From Fimbriosthenelais zetlandica (Eukaryota), in NCBI GenBank assembly GCA_977030845.1, contig OZ365111.1, forward strand, positions 47,802,001 to 47,866,000: 64,000 nucleotides of DNA, read 5' to 3'. The position numbers and the translations under genes are program-made. Positions 36,445-49,685 of this stretch are shown here, one piece after another. The notes under the pieces were generated by a model. The model had not been told where the DNA came from and ran no database searches. It saw only the letters and a program-made list of their open reading frames with translations. Position 1 is the stretch's first letter; each line of letters begins with the position of its first letter.

Positions 36445-39400
36445 CTGCAAAACTAGAGCTGTCCCATTATAAAACTAAAGGGGATATCCTAGTGGCCAAC
36501 ACCCACGCAACAATGCAATGGTAAGTCCTTTTGTTGAAGGCCACACAATGCGGTATAAGTGGACTGGATCCCTGCGTTTTCTACAATAGCCCAACAGCCG
36601 GGTAGGGATGAATGAATGCTGAGAGGCAAGATGGCGGAGGCCAAGGCTGATGCTGGTTGGTTTGGATCCAGCTGGGAGTGGGATCCACTACACGGGGGCA
36701 CCACTGGCCATACTCCCCATCCACCCCTTGGGAAAGAAATGAATGGCATCTTCCAGTCGGCGCAGCCAGTGCATAATGAACCGTCACTATGGCAACGGCA
36801 GTCTGACTACATCAGTGGAAGCAATCAATATTCATATGCATTGTAAATGGGCAATGTTTTTCTCTCTTTTTTCTATTTGGAGTTCGTGGGCTTGGGAATA
36901 AATCTTGTATATTCATTTTTTTTTTCTAGGAATTGGTTGTACAGAGGATGGTTCGAGTGAAGCTGGATAGTGGTGAGATATTGGAGTTTGGGATTATGCT
37001 GGATCATACCATTTGAGATGAATGGGGAGGGAAGGTTGAGATGATGGATGGGTGGGAGGCAGTGTACATGTAAACATGATGGTGGACCATACAACACATG
37101 GCCAATGGAGGGTGGATGATTCATATAACGGCTAGACGGGACTAAATCATAGAGAAGAAAGTCATCCATACAGTAGGGCTGAGGGCAGTCATGGCCAGAC
37201 AAAAATCATGTCCCCCGGCCAGTCTCCCTTTATTAGTCAACTTTCTGCTTTCCTTTGGTAATTTGGAAAGAGTAATCTACTACCTAAATATTTATATTAA
37301 ATATTATCTAATAACATTGAAGAGTGATGCTTCAATCAACACAAAAACAATCAATGCAGCTATTAAAAAAGCCCAGTCATATTTACTTAAATTCAGCATT
37401 CTATTTCAACGATGTCCCATTAAAATCTCTCAATATTTAAACAAAATATCAACAGTACATAAGAAAATCGTCATTCATTATTATCCTTTGAGGTTAGATC
37501 ATTGAAAAGAAAGTCATGTTTTCTGGACCTCTAAGATGATTTTTCCTTGACGGCTTCTAAGTTTAAAATGTACTCTCATTTTTTTAACCAAAATAACTTA
37601 CTTAGTTAACTCACTAACTGAATTTCTTCTTTAAAATCTCATCCATGTAATGATTCGAAGAGGTAAAACCCAGTCACAACCCTTACTCCCTAACAGTTAC
37701 ACAACAAATGAAAGATAGATTTGATAGGTAACAAATGCATTCCATTTTTGATGAAACCGAGAAACTCACAGAATTTTACAATTGGAGCCAGTCCCTTCAC
37801 AAGGAGAGAACATGAGCGTGAGAGAATCCATTTGCCACAGTTACTCATTAGAGGGCGCCACCGCCTAACATGAGAAATTCACCAAGGAAGGAAGCGCTAC
37901 AATTGATCTGAATGATCAGTGATATTAAGTAAGGCCGGACTATAGTCCAGTAGGAAGGAAGTGTGGTAATATGAGGAAATGGAGATGGGGAGAGAGTGGA
38001 AGAGAAAGGGGGAGGTAGGGGAGATAGGAGAGGGAAGAGGAGGGAGAGAAGAGAGAAGGGAAGAGGTTAGAGAAGTAAATTGCACGTTTTCTGTAAAATC
38101 TGACTTCCGAGGACCCTATATACTCTCCTGTAGATATCAGGAACCTATATGACTCAGATATTACATTTTCTACACACCTTAATATCATTTGTGCAACTTA
38201 TCACCTGTGCTCCATATTATTTGTACCTGTACCCCTTATCAGTACCTGCAAATAATCATGCAATGTCTACTAGACATTATCATCATGTCTAGATTCTGTC
38301 ATTACAGAACATCAAAGATTGTACCGTACTTACTTATGCCACTCCTGTGCCATGTTGGTAGATTATGCACACAAAGCCTAAAACAAAGAGTAGACATGCC
38401 ATGCATGGGGTTGGTAGCTAGAACACAGGTTACAACAGCCAGTTACAATGGAAATCACAGAAAGAAACTGTATAAGACATACAAGGATAATATCACCATT
38501 TTGTCACAGGAATAAAATCCTAATGTTAAAAGTAAAACTTATAAAAATATACATGATTCTTATTCATCGCTGATGCTAAGAATAACTGCTCCGGAAAACC
38601 ATGATACAATAGGCCGGTTGTTCATTGAACAACTTGTAATCAGGTAAAAAAAATCCTGAGCAGCATTATAATCAATAATATATTTTTCAAGTGTTGGCAG
38701 TCACTCGTGAGTGGATTTCCATGAGTTGAAAATGCCATGCATGATGTATGACATAAAATAGTGAAGACCTTATGTTAAAAGTCTTTTTGATAAGTGCAGT
38801 TCATCAGTGTTTTAAGAGGGAAAAATTTTCCTCTCTGCCACAATCTTTGCAAGCAAACTTGAAAGAATGGTTTAGATTTAATTCGTGGGAAAAAATTGTA
38901 AAATGTAGTAGATCTAGGCCAATTGTTTTAAAAGCCTTGTTTTATGCAAAGTCTGCCAAAGATTTCACAGAAGTTTCCCTCAATTTAATTCTCAAAATCA
39001 CCTCAACCAAAGACATGTCCATATTTCTGTTGACTATCTCTTGAGCAGTTGAGATTTAATTTAATTTTGTCTCTTCAACGCAAGCGGAGTTCACTTCTCT
39101 GTTGATATTGATAAATGTTCTCTAGTACTATGATTATGCCCGGCATAAATTATGGCAGTCTGGTGATAAAAAAACCTCTTGGACAAAAAACTGGTGAAGT
39201 TCTTCTGATTATTTTCTAAACGTTTAAATATATAGCATATCCATAGGCCTATGCCATGGCAATTTTTCTAGTATCATATGGGTATGACATGTATTACCAT
39301 GCAATATTACAAACATACAAAATCATAGACATAGGCCTACTACTACTACTAGCTGATACAGACAGAGAACTATTGTATTACCAATGGCAGGGTAGTGACT

Positions 39401-39470
39401 AGTGGCACTGGCAGTGACAAGCTGTGTATTCCATATTATTTTTTAGTGTGGAGGGAGTAAACCTACTTAC

Positions 39471-39700
39471 CATGTATCTCACAAATGCCTCTCACAGCGT
39501 CCACGTGGAGATGAGTGGAAGGTAGGGGAAGAAAGCAAAGGTCAAACTAGTAGACAAAAGGAGAAAGTAGCAGCAAGCCTTCAGTAGAAGCAGTCCTTCC
39601 TTCCAGCTGTCAAATCCCGGTGAAAAAGTAACACCCCTCTGCCCTGGCCTCACTTGTGTCACGTCGTTAGGACTTGTCAGAACCGCCTCCTTTGCAGCAA
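39471..39700 (-). other. Candidate first exon of KLC (5' boundary approximate)
   Basis: Strong donor ATG|gtaagt at 39470, next to a CpG-rich promoter-like region; no other minus-strand gene recognised between here and KLC exon 10355. Confidence 0.5.
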
Positions 39701-39930
39701 CCGCCCAATCCACAGAAGTTTCAGACCACGAACCACACTAAAAGAGTCATGGGGACTATGGTGGTTCTGTATATATCACATTGGGACAGGAGATATCATT
39801 TCCTGGGATATTTTATGGAATGTCCTAGCTTACAAAAGCTGAATTTCCTCGGATAAAACCAAGATGGCGGCTGCCTGCAAACAAACGAGATCTCGCGTGG
39901 GTTGAACGAATGGACGAGATCTCACGCAAC
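39650..39930. promoter_or_regulatory. Putative bidirectional promoter KLC / eIF5
   Basis: CpG-rich; YY1-type CAAGATGGCGGC at about 39860, GAGATCTCGCG at about 39887, CCAAT at about 39705, GTCACGTC at about 39658; flanked by divergent splice donors at 39470 (-) and 39977 (+). Confidence 0.6.
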
Positions 39931-40253
39931 ATCCGGGCAACCTTGTCATTTGCGCAAACCATACACGTCCTGCAAGGTAAGTGCATCATTTAGGACGTCT
40001 ATGTCAAAGCAAAAAGAATCATTTATCAGTTTTGATTCACGGAACTACACGTGTATATCCAACGATAAAGCCTCCACTATTCTCACTGACGTGTTTTCTT
40101 TGCAGATTAGCGGCCATAAGCCCTCAAGATTCAACCGTCTTCTTTGCCATCTGGGAACCTTTCCCAACCCGTCAGCGGCAGCGCCATTTTGCCTCACGTT
40201 CTTATAATTTCCGTCAGGTTCAACCCTGTTTATGACTTTATTGCGTCACCACG
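39870..40253 (+). other. EIF5: eIF5 5'-leader exons (about 39870-39976 and 40106-40253)
   Basis: Donor caag|gtaagt at 39977; branch CTGAC at 40086 plus acceptor ttttctttgcag at 40105; donor cacg|gtaagt at 40254. The transcription start is approximate. Confidence 0.7.
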
Positions 40254-43200
40254 GTAAGTGAATCATATAGTTATCACATCTCAAAACATTGGAAAGTAGT
40301 TGAACATTAATTCATTCATTGGTTTAAAAGGCAATTTTCCTTTGTTTAATTGATCATTTTTCTTGGCCACGAGTGACGTTTCTAGAAACGCGTGAGGCCA
40401 GTTCAGAATAGACCTCAGCTGACAAACCATTAAATGAATGGGATAATTAAATAGCTGCTCTTTAAATGATAAAATTTGTGTCTATGAATCTTATTCGGTG
40501 TGTTAGCTAGACTAGATATTCTTTAAAAATCCATGCATTGAAATTAATTCAGAATCCAAAGTTCAACTTTTGGATCCAGTCCTTGATCCTTTGCTTTGTC
40601 AGAAATCATTTTGCATCTTTGGGAGGCGGGAACATGTGGGTTTGACACTGGGTCGCGTGGTTTCGATTGTGCAACAGCTTTGAAGTTTGAGTTTAACTAG
40701 ATTTATCTATAAATATTTAGTGACAAGTTGGAATAGATCTAATATTTACTATTTAGTGATAATTGTTTTCTTGTAATGGTTGGGTCTTAATTTTATTAGA
40801 TATGTGCCATATGTTGTTCCTATTTTTTGGAGGGTGTAGATCTATTGGCTTAATTTATTAATGCCCTTCAATAAAAATGTTTGTTATTAAAATAGAAAAT
40901 TGTAAATTAGATCAAACCACATTAAGCTATTGGAAGGTTTCCGTTCTGCTTCTGGCATGGAAATGTGTATCCATTCAATACCATTATGACATACGCCTAA
41001 AATAGGCTAAATCAAACATTGTGACTAGATAGGCCTACCTAGGTTTCTGATGAATAGTAACCTTTCATGCATGTACCTTATAGTTATACAAATAATGGTG
41101 GACCTTTTCATCAGGACATTAAGGTTAAACATTAACCTCGACCAAATATTGGAATTGGACCAATCCATGACAGTTCAGATAAAATTTTCATTGTTCTCGT
41201 TTTTAATATTTAAAATCAAGCAGGAGCATATTAATCTCCTATGATAATCTGTATATTATACATCATGCCATGCTATATAAACCTGGTCCATATGGATCAT
41301 GATGAGAGATAAATTTATACTAGTGACCACGACAACAGTTAATGTGTATTGCCTCTTGCAATATCTAGGCCCAAAATAATTGTCACAAATTTCGTTTTAA
41401 ATGATCCTAATTTACTACAGAATCTCGTAATGCTGACCCATAAATTGTGTCAATTAAAATATGTGTACTGGTAGGAATTTAAGGTGGCTGGGTGCAGCGT
41501 GCTCGTGGCTTGGTAATTGAGACCCCACTGAATGGGAGACCAAACAGTGGTGATAACTTATCCTATCACGTTCTACTGTTTATTTTAAGTCGTTTTTATC
41601 TATCTCAGTTCAGTATGTTACAGTCTCCGTGCTCTCTTGGGGATATTTGATAAGAATTACGTCATGATTTACTGATTATCTAAACCGGATTTACATATCC
41701 CATTTGCCAGTATTATAGTCTATATTAATAATAGATTAGATTAGCCTGGGAATTTGAAACTTCCAGTCTCGGGGAAAAAATGGAAAAAAAAACAATTGTA
41801 AAGAAGCTGTTTTTCAACTACATGCCCTATCCGATAGTAGGGAAAAACAAGGAAGTTGGCTCGCATAACAATGTGTTAAGTGACCTCAAAATGGACCTTC
41901 CAATTATTGCTGTCCTATAACGGAAGCAAAAATGTGTTTTTTAAAACTTTTTGTTGGTCGGTGAAGCTATAAATAACCATACCGTGAGATACATGCATAC
42001 TGTCATGTCTGATACGATGACATTCTGGGTCAGAGTCAGAAAAAATATTTATATTTCCTCATCGAGTCATGGATCAGCATACATTGTATAAAGCTACCCA
42101 GGTCAATGGCTCAGCTCTGGTTGCGTCATGAAGCAGAAGGCTGTTTCCTACATCCTATTATTTACATAGCCATGAACTGACCATGTTAACCATTTTTATA
42201 TCAAAACACGATAGAAATGCGGGTAATCATTAATCGACTCGTGGGATTGTGAGCTACTGCATTGCTATGCCTTACATCGCCATGAAGTTGGCATGGCGTT
42301 AACTTAAATCACCATCATTTTCAGCCCACAATTCTCTGGGAATTAGAGAACATATTTGGGTGAAGGTGATTTTCCAATATTGCTATGCCAGAAACTATTT
42401 CTCCAGGCCCAGCATGGGTTTCCCCATTGGTGGTCCTTCGTATGATGGACTCAAATTCCCAGTAGTTCAGAAGAGGGAATTTCGTCAGAAAATCACTCTT
42501 GACTCGAGTACAATTTTTCATTTAAGTAGAGGGTATCATAAGCAAATCCTCTGAGTCTGATCCGATACTCATGACTGAAAAAATACGATTGGATAATTAT
42601 ATCCTTCCTAGAAATCCATGAAATTAATCTCTCTAATTTGGTTCAGAAGCCAAATCAGATTTTAGGTAACATCAACGGCCCTGGATTATCCTAGGCTAGT
42701 ATTACTGATCCAGTCAGAAACCCAACAAAGTATACTAACTGGAAAAAGAGAGGAAACAATAGGGTCACGTCTTGAAGGCGAGAATCATGTAACAATATTT
42801 ATCCTTGTTTACTGGCTGCCCCTGGGGATGTAAATGTCCCGAGTGGAAACGCGATCCTTTGTCGATCAATACCTTCTCTGCTGACGCCTAGAACTTACTT
42901 TTAGAAATATATTTTTAGCCCATATACAGTAGCATGTCTCGTCAATTAGTTGGCCTTTAGCCAAAATAATCAGATCCTAATAAATAATGCCCATGGATTT
43001 ATTCATGAAGTCCAAATGCATTTAAAGAATCACGAGTTAAAAAATATTCTTATTGAAGAAATTGTCTATCCTATCCTATCGACACTTTCCGGTGTACTTG
43101 TGCTTCACAAATTTAATCGTGTTGCAATTTACCTAGTTATATTTTTTCTATTCTGTATTTCGGTTCCCCTGACAACTAGAGAATGCTATCTATGACCGTG

Positions 43201-46134
43201 ACATATACATGTCGAAGCTACCTGATATATTATACAATAGTTATATATATGTCACTGTACCTGATATTGTTCTGTGATAATTAGGGCGCGGTTTTTACGT
43301 TTAACTCCACTGCACCTGGCCTTTGCTCTCTCCTTTCTTTCTCAAAATCGACCTCGTTAGTAATTGTCATTTGCCTCCATGCTATGCTGAACATAGTAGG
43401 GGAAAAAACTTCAGGATTCACACTTTCAAACACGTGAATTAGTACTTCAACTGACAGATTAAATTGGGAATTGAATATATCTGCACTTCATTGTAAATTA
43501 ACATTAACCAGAGTGGAAAACTTTGAAATTAAACGGCTATATTTATTTATTCAGTGATTTTTTGTGCTTGGCAGGTAGTTGCCTCTTAAAAATTAACTTT
43601 CATTTTCCAACCACGAAGAATTTGCACTCTCTTTTCCATCTATTTTCTGAATTGCCCAAGAGCAAAATATACTGATTTCATGATTTGAAAACATTTGGTG
43701 GATATTTAATTTTAATTGGTAATGATCTCTATTTTAGTGCCTGGAGACGCTAGTCTCCGGATTTCCTATTAAAATGGTCCTGCACCTCCGGTGCCTTAAT
43801 TCTAAATTCCACTGAAATAAAGGTATCCATGGCAACGGTAGTGTATTGATTTGGGCGGGAGGCGGCAGACTGTCGGGGGAGGAGGAGGTGGGAGTTGGTG
43901 GAGGAGGGTTAACGTCCTCCTCATGATGATCACTCTCTGGATGTAGTCTGTCCTCCCGGTGTCTGGGGGGGGGGGGGGGGGGGGAGGGGGGTGTGATGGT
44001 CTACGGCTGGACCGAGTGGGAGTGGGTGTGTCTGGGATGAGGCGGGGGTTGGGGTGGAATAATGTGGAAGGATAGGTAAGGAAGACAGGGATCATAGAAT
44101 AGGAGATGAAGGAATGAATAAGAAATCGAGGGAAGAAAGAAAAGGACAGAATAGGATTTGAAGGAGGAAATGGGGGATACAAATGGGAGAGAAAGGGACA
44201 GAATTTTAGATGGAGGGATTGGGAAATACAGGACAGTGTGGAAGGGATAAAAAAGGGGATAAGAAGGACATAATGTGAGGTGAAGGAAGTAATGGGAGAT
44301 AGAGAAGCCTGAAGGACAGAAAGAAAGGGAGAGAATAAAGAGAATGTAGGAGTGAGCCACACACTCCAGTTAGGCACCATCAAAAGATCCAAGACAAATC
44401 TACATAAATATTCCTCAAGCCCTAATATTGCTTCTTTAACCTGGAGGAATGGAATGTGAGTGGGAAGGCGTGAGGAGGTGGGTTGGCGGGGGGGGGGGGG
44501 GGATGGCATGGGATGGGGCCCGTCTGGCTGCCTGGCAGGCTGGCTAGTTACTATAGCTGCTGAGCCAGCAATGTAATACAGTAACCCTGCCTGCCCCTTC
44601 TCCCCTCTCCCCTATATCACATACACTAAATGCGCAGTATTGATACTTTTACCTCCTCTTCTTATTTTTTCCTTCTCACACAGCCATGGATATTAGTTGA
44701 AAACCTTGGGGATTTCTGCAATTGATCCAGACTTGTACAAAACGCGATTGCATCTTTATACAAATTCCCTCTTGTGTGATGAATTGAATTGGGAGTCACG
44801 TTCTATTACCAACAAGGGAGAAATACTAGCTTTATTCCAATGCTATTAGTGTTCTATGAAAGACGATTGAATGGAATTGGTGAGGACTCGGGTACTAATA
44901 AAAGCTATAGTTTAGTGGTAATTGGTTTGTATTGGAATCTCATTAAACTGCATACATTGAATTGCTTCAATGGATTTTTTTGGATTGATAATAAATTGAT
45001 TTTTATAACGGTTTTAAAAATTCCAACGGACACTAGGGCAATATCACCATTTTAATCAATTCCAAATCCTTTGATTGAAATATAAATATTTGATTACTTT
45101 AAAACTTAGCCACCAACATTTTGTATTGGCCTTTGAGACTGCTGATGGCTGCCTATTCCCTCCCGGCTCCCACGCCATCAGTCCAGAAGGTTCCATTATT
45201 CCATTCCGACTAGAATACCCCAAGTCACCCTACACTTCACACCCTCTTCACCAGTCTTTGAGTCAGAATTCCTTTTAGAGTTGATGGAAAATGATGTCAT
45301 ATTCTGATTCACTATTCCTGACGATTTCCTTCCAAATCCCTTTGCTCCAGCCTCAGAGATGAGGGAAAATGCTATTTTCCGTCTATTGATTTCTTGCACC
45401 GTTGGGAGGGTGTGTTGGGATTGGTCCCGCTCCAAGAAAATTACCTCATTTGCTTCCATTTGCAGTGCCTCTACTTTTTGCCTTCCAAGCACTTGTCAGA
45501 AGCAGAGATGCAAGTTTTCAGGCACTTACTGGCTTTCTGGCATTTTAAGATTTGGGGACAGAAATCGAAAAATATTTTTTGAACCTTATTCCGCTGTGAA
45601 GATCAGTCCAAGAAATAATTTGTTCCTGGCATATTAATTCCTGAAAAATTAGGAAGTTCTAGGTTTCAGGATTTATTTTGCATTTCCAAAGTTGTAGCCC
45701 TGAACAAGTTTTAGCCCTCCCACAGACCTATATAGCCTACATGTAGGCCTACTGAGATAATAAATGGGAGAAATTTGAGAGTTTTTTAACGGTATTTTGC
45801 TATGTTTTAATGGCAATATTTTGCTATTTTTTAATGGTAATATTTTTCCATGTTTTAATGTTATTAATGCTTTGTTTTAATGGTAATATTTTACTATGTT
45901 TCAGGGTTATTACCAAGCCCAATCAGGTCCGCTGGTTTATACCGGATACTGGTTAATCCTCCAGGTCACAACGGTTTTATGCATTTCTGCGCCCTTGCCC
46001 TCCCTAACTGTAGTAGCAGATATAGAAGTATTCTTCGGAAACGTCATAAAGGGCAGTTATCAGTATGGCGAACATCAACATCAATCGGAACAACCCCGAC
46101 CAGTTCTACCGCTACAAAATGCCCCGCCTCATAG
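40232..46134 (+). promoter_or_regulatory. Spliced, out-of-frame uORF overlapping the eIF5 start (83 aa; exons 40232-40253 and 45905-46134)
   Basis: tttATGa at 40232 splices in frame to tttATGc at 45979; the frame stays open past the main ATG (46065) and stops at TAG 46132-46134. Confidence 0.7.
45790..45900. repeat. Degenerate ~24-bp tandem repeat just upstream of the eIF5 acceptor at 45904
   Basis: Repeated tattttgctatgttttaatggtaa-like units. Confidence 0.6.
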
Positions 46135-49100
46135 CAAAGGTAATTTTGAGTAAAATCGGAAAAAATGTAATTTTATCAAGGAATAAAATTCTCCAATGAT
46201 GAAAATTTAATTATTTTGTAACAGTAACAGAATGTAGATCTATAGCATATTCTAGGTCGTAATGTTGTATATTCAGTATTGACTTGATAGGTATGATTGC
46301 AGTCAAAATCAATTCTCCACTGTTTAACATGTTGTTGTACTAAAGCTAATGGCTAAATGTATATTCGTTGGCAGGTGGAAGGCAAGGGTAATGGTATTAA
46401 AACTGTGATCGTTAATATGCATGAAATCGCCAAAGCACTGGAGAGACCCGCCACCTGTGAGTTCATATCTGTACCCTCAAAAAATTATTAATTTTTTTAT
46501 AGTAACTTCCAACAACATTATTGACTCATTTCAAGTCAATTTCTTATTTTGTATGAGGCATATTTACTTAGCTTTCTATTCTATTACTCCTCCTGAGATA
46601 GCTAAAAAATCATGGACAAAATAAATCTGAAAAATCATGGACAAACTAAATCTGAAAAATCGTGGACAAAATAAATCTAAAAATAATTTTGTTTGTTGTC
46701 TTACAGACCCTACTAAGTTCTTTGGTTGTGAACTGGGTGCCCAAACCCAGTTTGACCTGAAGAATGACCGCTACATTGTTAACGGCTCTCACGATGCTGC
46801 CAAACTTCAAGACCTGCTGGATGGCTTCATCAAACGCTTTGTACTGTGTCCCGAATGTGATAACCCAGAGACCAAACTTGTAAGTTCCCCCACTCTTCAT
46901 TTCTATATTCTAGTTTAAAAAGAAAGTCTTTGAGAAATAGCCTGTTTTCAAGAAGGCTCTGATGTTTTCAAGAAGGCAAATTGAAAATGTCTCATTGGAC
47001 TCCTTGAGACTGTCCATGGTAAATTGTTAGGCCTGTATTCTTTTCAATTATTTCAATATGATTAATTTGTGTTTTCCAGTCTGTGCAGCCCAAGAAAGGA
47101 ATGATCGTTCAGCGATGCATCGCATGCGGCCATCAGAATAATCTGGATATGAGACACAAACTGACCACCTTCATTCTGAAGAACCCGCCTGGATCGGTGA
47201 GAAATAATCTGATCTTCATAAATGATACAAACCAAAAACAACCAGCAATTTTAATTTAATACGTCTTTTAACCATACAAGGGCTAGCTTTTAATTTTCTT
47301 GCATTTACAATGCTATGATCTGACGTCTCTACTTGTTAACTTAAATCCAAATCTACTTGTTAAATCCAAATCTACCTATCCATCTGAAATTTCTAATTCC
47401 ATTTTTGAAAATCATTTGTTGGGAATGACCAAATCCTTTGACTGACATATAATCTTCAATTTTACAGGAATTGGGTGGAACTGCTGCAACCCCGAATAAG
47501 AAAGATAAACGTTCTAAGAGAGGTAGCAAGAGCAAGGAGTCAGATGCCGTCAACGAGAATGGTGACGGCAGTAGGAGCCCTGAGGTGACTGAGCATGACC
47601 ATGACCTGGATCTAGTCGAGGTGAGGCCAACTCCATCATGTATGGATTATAAAAAATATTTCGAAATATTCCAAAGGATACGGAATGTAATGAAAAAACG
47701 TGGTTAGCACGAATTTAAATGTAGAGATTCTGCTTTGGCAAGATAATAATGAGTTGTAAGGTACCATATTAATGTTTTGTAGGCAAAGAGCTCTTTGCCC
47801 TTGAGAAATGGCAGAAGTAACTTTTAAACATAAGCTGTATAATATAGATGGATAAATGAATGAATTATTTTGAATAAATTCAAAAAAAAAGACGAGGACC
47901 AGAAATAATGAAGAAATACTAAATATTATTTTGTACACATATTTTATTACAGTATCATGCGAGTTTTACCACAACTTTTATATTTATAATAATTTTGTTC
48001 CTTATTCTGCAGGCTGAAGACTGTGCCCTGAAGAACGGGAAGAGCAGTAAGAACGGTAAGATCGCTATGGACGATGACTGGGGAGATGATATCGATGTGT
48101 CAGATGCTGCCATACAGCAGCGTATGGAATCACTGTCTTCTGCTGCCAAGAGCCTCGCCCTCACTGACGACGTGGAGAAAACACCACAGCAACGGATGGA
48201 CCTCTTCTACGAGTATGTCAAGGTATGTGAATTCCCAAGAAAAATACATATTGTCAAGGTATGAAATCTTAGATGTACATGTATATGACTGGCTCCCATC
48301 TTCCTAGCAATTCTCGAACAGAAATCCTAACATTAAATCTAAATGAACTTCAGCCCGATATCTTTGACATATCTGAACATTTAACATTAAAAGAAATATT
48401 CACTCATTATATGTAAACTTTATGTTTGTTTCAGGCTAAGAAAGAGGCCGGAACGTTGGCTGCGAGTGGTGCTGAGTTAGTTGGGGAGGCTGAGAGGCTG
48501 GAGGTGAAGGAGAAAGCTCCCATCATCCTGGCTGAGCTGCTCTTTGATGAGAACATACTCACTCAGATCAAAACCTACCGCACCGTTCTGCTGCGGGTAA
48601 GATCCCCAGTTTATTTTAAAAATCAGAAATTTACATTTAAATTTACTTTTAGAAATTATAATAGATAGATTTTACTTGCTCAAAAAAGTCCAATTCTTAT
48701 TCTAACTCTACTATAAATAGCAAATGGATTAGTCCGATCTTAGTTTCAAAAACTTTAAATTCGAATTTATAATTTGAAAACCAAATCTTTGCTATTTCAG
48801 TTCACGAATGAGAACCCTAAGGCCCAGAAGTACCTGTTGGGTGGCTTTGAACAGCTGGTGGGAAATGTCCACAAGGAGACACTGCTACCCAAGGTGCCGC
48901 ACATCCTCAAGTCCTTCTACGATATGGACATTCTAGACGAGGAGGTTATCATCGACTGGGACAAAAAGGTGCGTATATAATAGCTAAGACTCATTTCATA
49001 TACTTGTACATAAATATTAATAAATAATATGAGAATAGATCACCTAGCAATTGAGAATTTCATGGACTCAAATGTTCCATTTATGTCATTTGTGTTTGTA

Positions 49101-49685
49101 GCCTCCAGGAAATCCTGGTTAATCTAGTTGCTAGATCTAGTACCATGTTACTTTGATGAACTTTGGCGTTTACAATAATATAATTTTGAATATTTGTAGG
49201 TGTCAAAGAAGTATGTTTCCAAGGAAGTGTCGAAGGAGATTCACGACAAGGCCGCGAAGCTGATCCAGTGGTTGAAGGAAGCGGACGAAGAGGAGAGCAG
49301 CAGTGAGGAGGAGGTGGAGGTGAGCAAGGCGCAGTTAATAATTGATTCATTATTGAGTTCAGTGCTCCATATATATAGGAGTCATGGGTTGATAAACTGT
49401 ACCAATTTAAAAAAAACACTGGGATATTGTTCATTATATTGGTTTTTAACCAAAAAAAATGTTGATTTTACAAGTGCTCATTAATGGAGATTTTTAATAA
49501 ATCTTGTTTTTCTAATTAATTTTTTTTTCGATTGTTTTAAAACTATTTTTATTTTATTTCAGGTTGTGTACTCTACCACCAAGAAGGTGGGTGTGGAGAC
49601 AGTGAAACCCCCACCGACCGCCAACAACACCGGCCCCGCTGCTGGAGACGAGGAAGAGGACGACATCGACATAGACGCCATCTAG
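46065..49685 (+). CDS. EIF5: Eukaryotic translation initiation factor 5, 460 aa
   Basis: Exons 46065-46139, 46375-46456, 46707-46879, 47080-47196, 47468-47620, 48013-48222, 48435-48596, 48801-48968, 49200-49319, 49563-49685 (1383 nt, all GT-AG). Contains [27 protein letters not shown], the zinc-ribbon CPECDNPET...CIACG, a W2 domain with [11 protein letters not shown], and the C-terminus DDIDIDAI*. Confidence 0.98.
46605..46684. repeat. 25-bp tandem repeat x3
   Basis: aaaaatcatggacaaaataaatctg units. Confidence 0.85.

Noticed and set aside
36480-36850. Plus-strand donor (ATG|gtaagt at 36521) and a YY1-like motif suggesting a nested gene
   Set aside because: No coherent set of plus-strand exons could be assembled.
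36873-37202. ORF containing CMDDFLL, resembling a reverse-transcriptase YxDD motif
   Set aside because: No other RT motifs in any frame I could read; probably chance.
39492-39713. 73-aa ORF in the candidate KLC first exon
   Set aside because: It matters only if the transcription start is upstream of 39713, which is unknown; no coding signature.
43802-44509. 235-aa Pro/Ser/Phe-rich minus-strand ORF
   Set aside because: By-product of a purine-skewed low-complexity tract; no splice or domain support.
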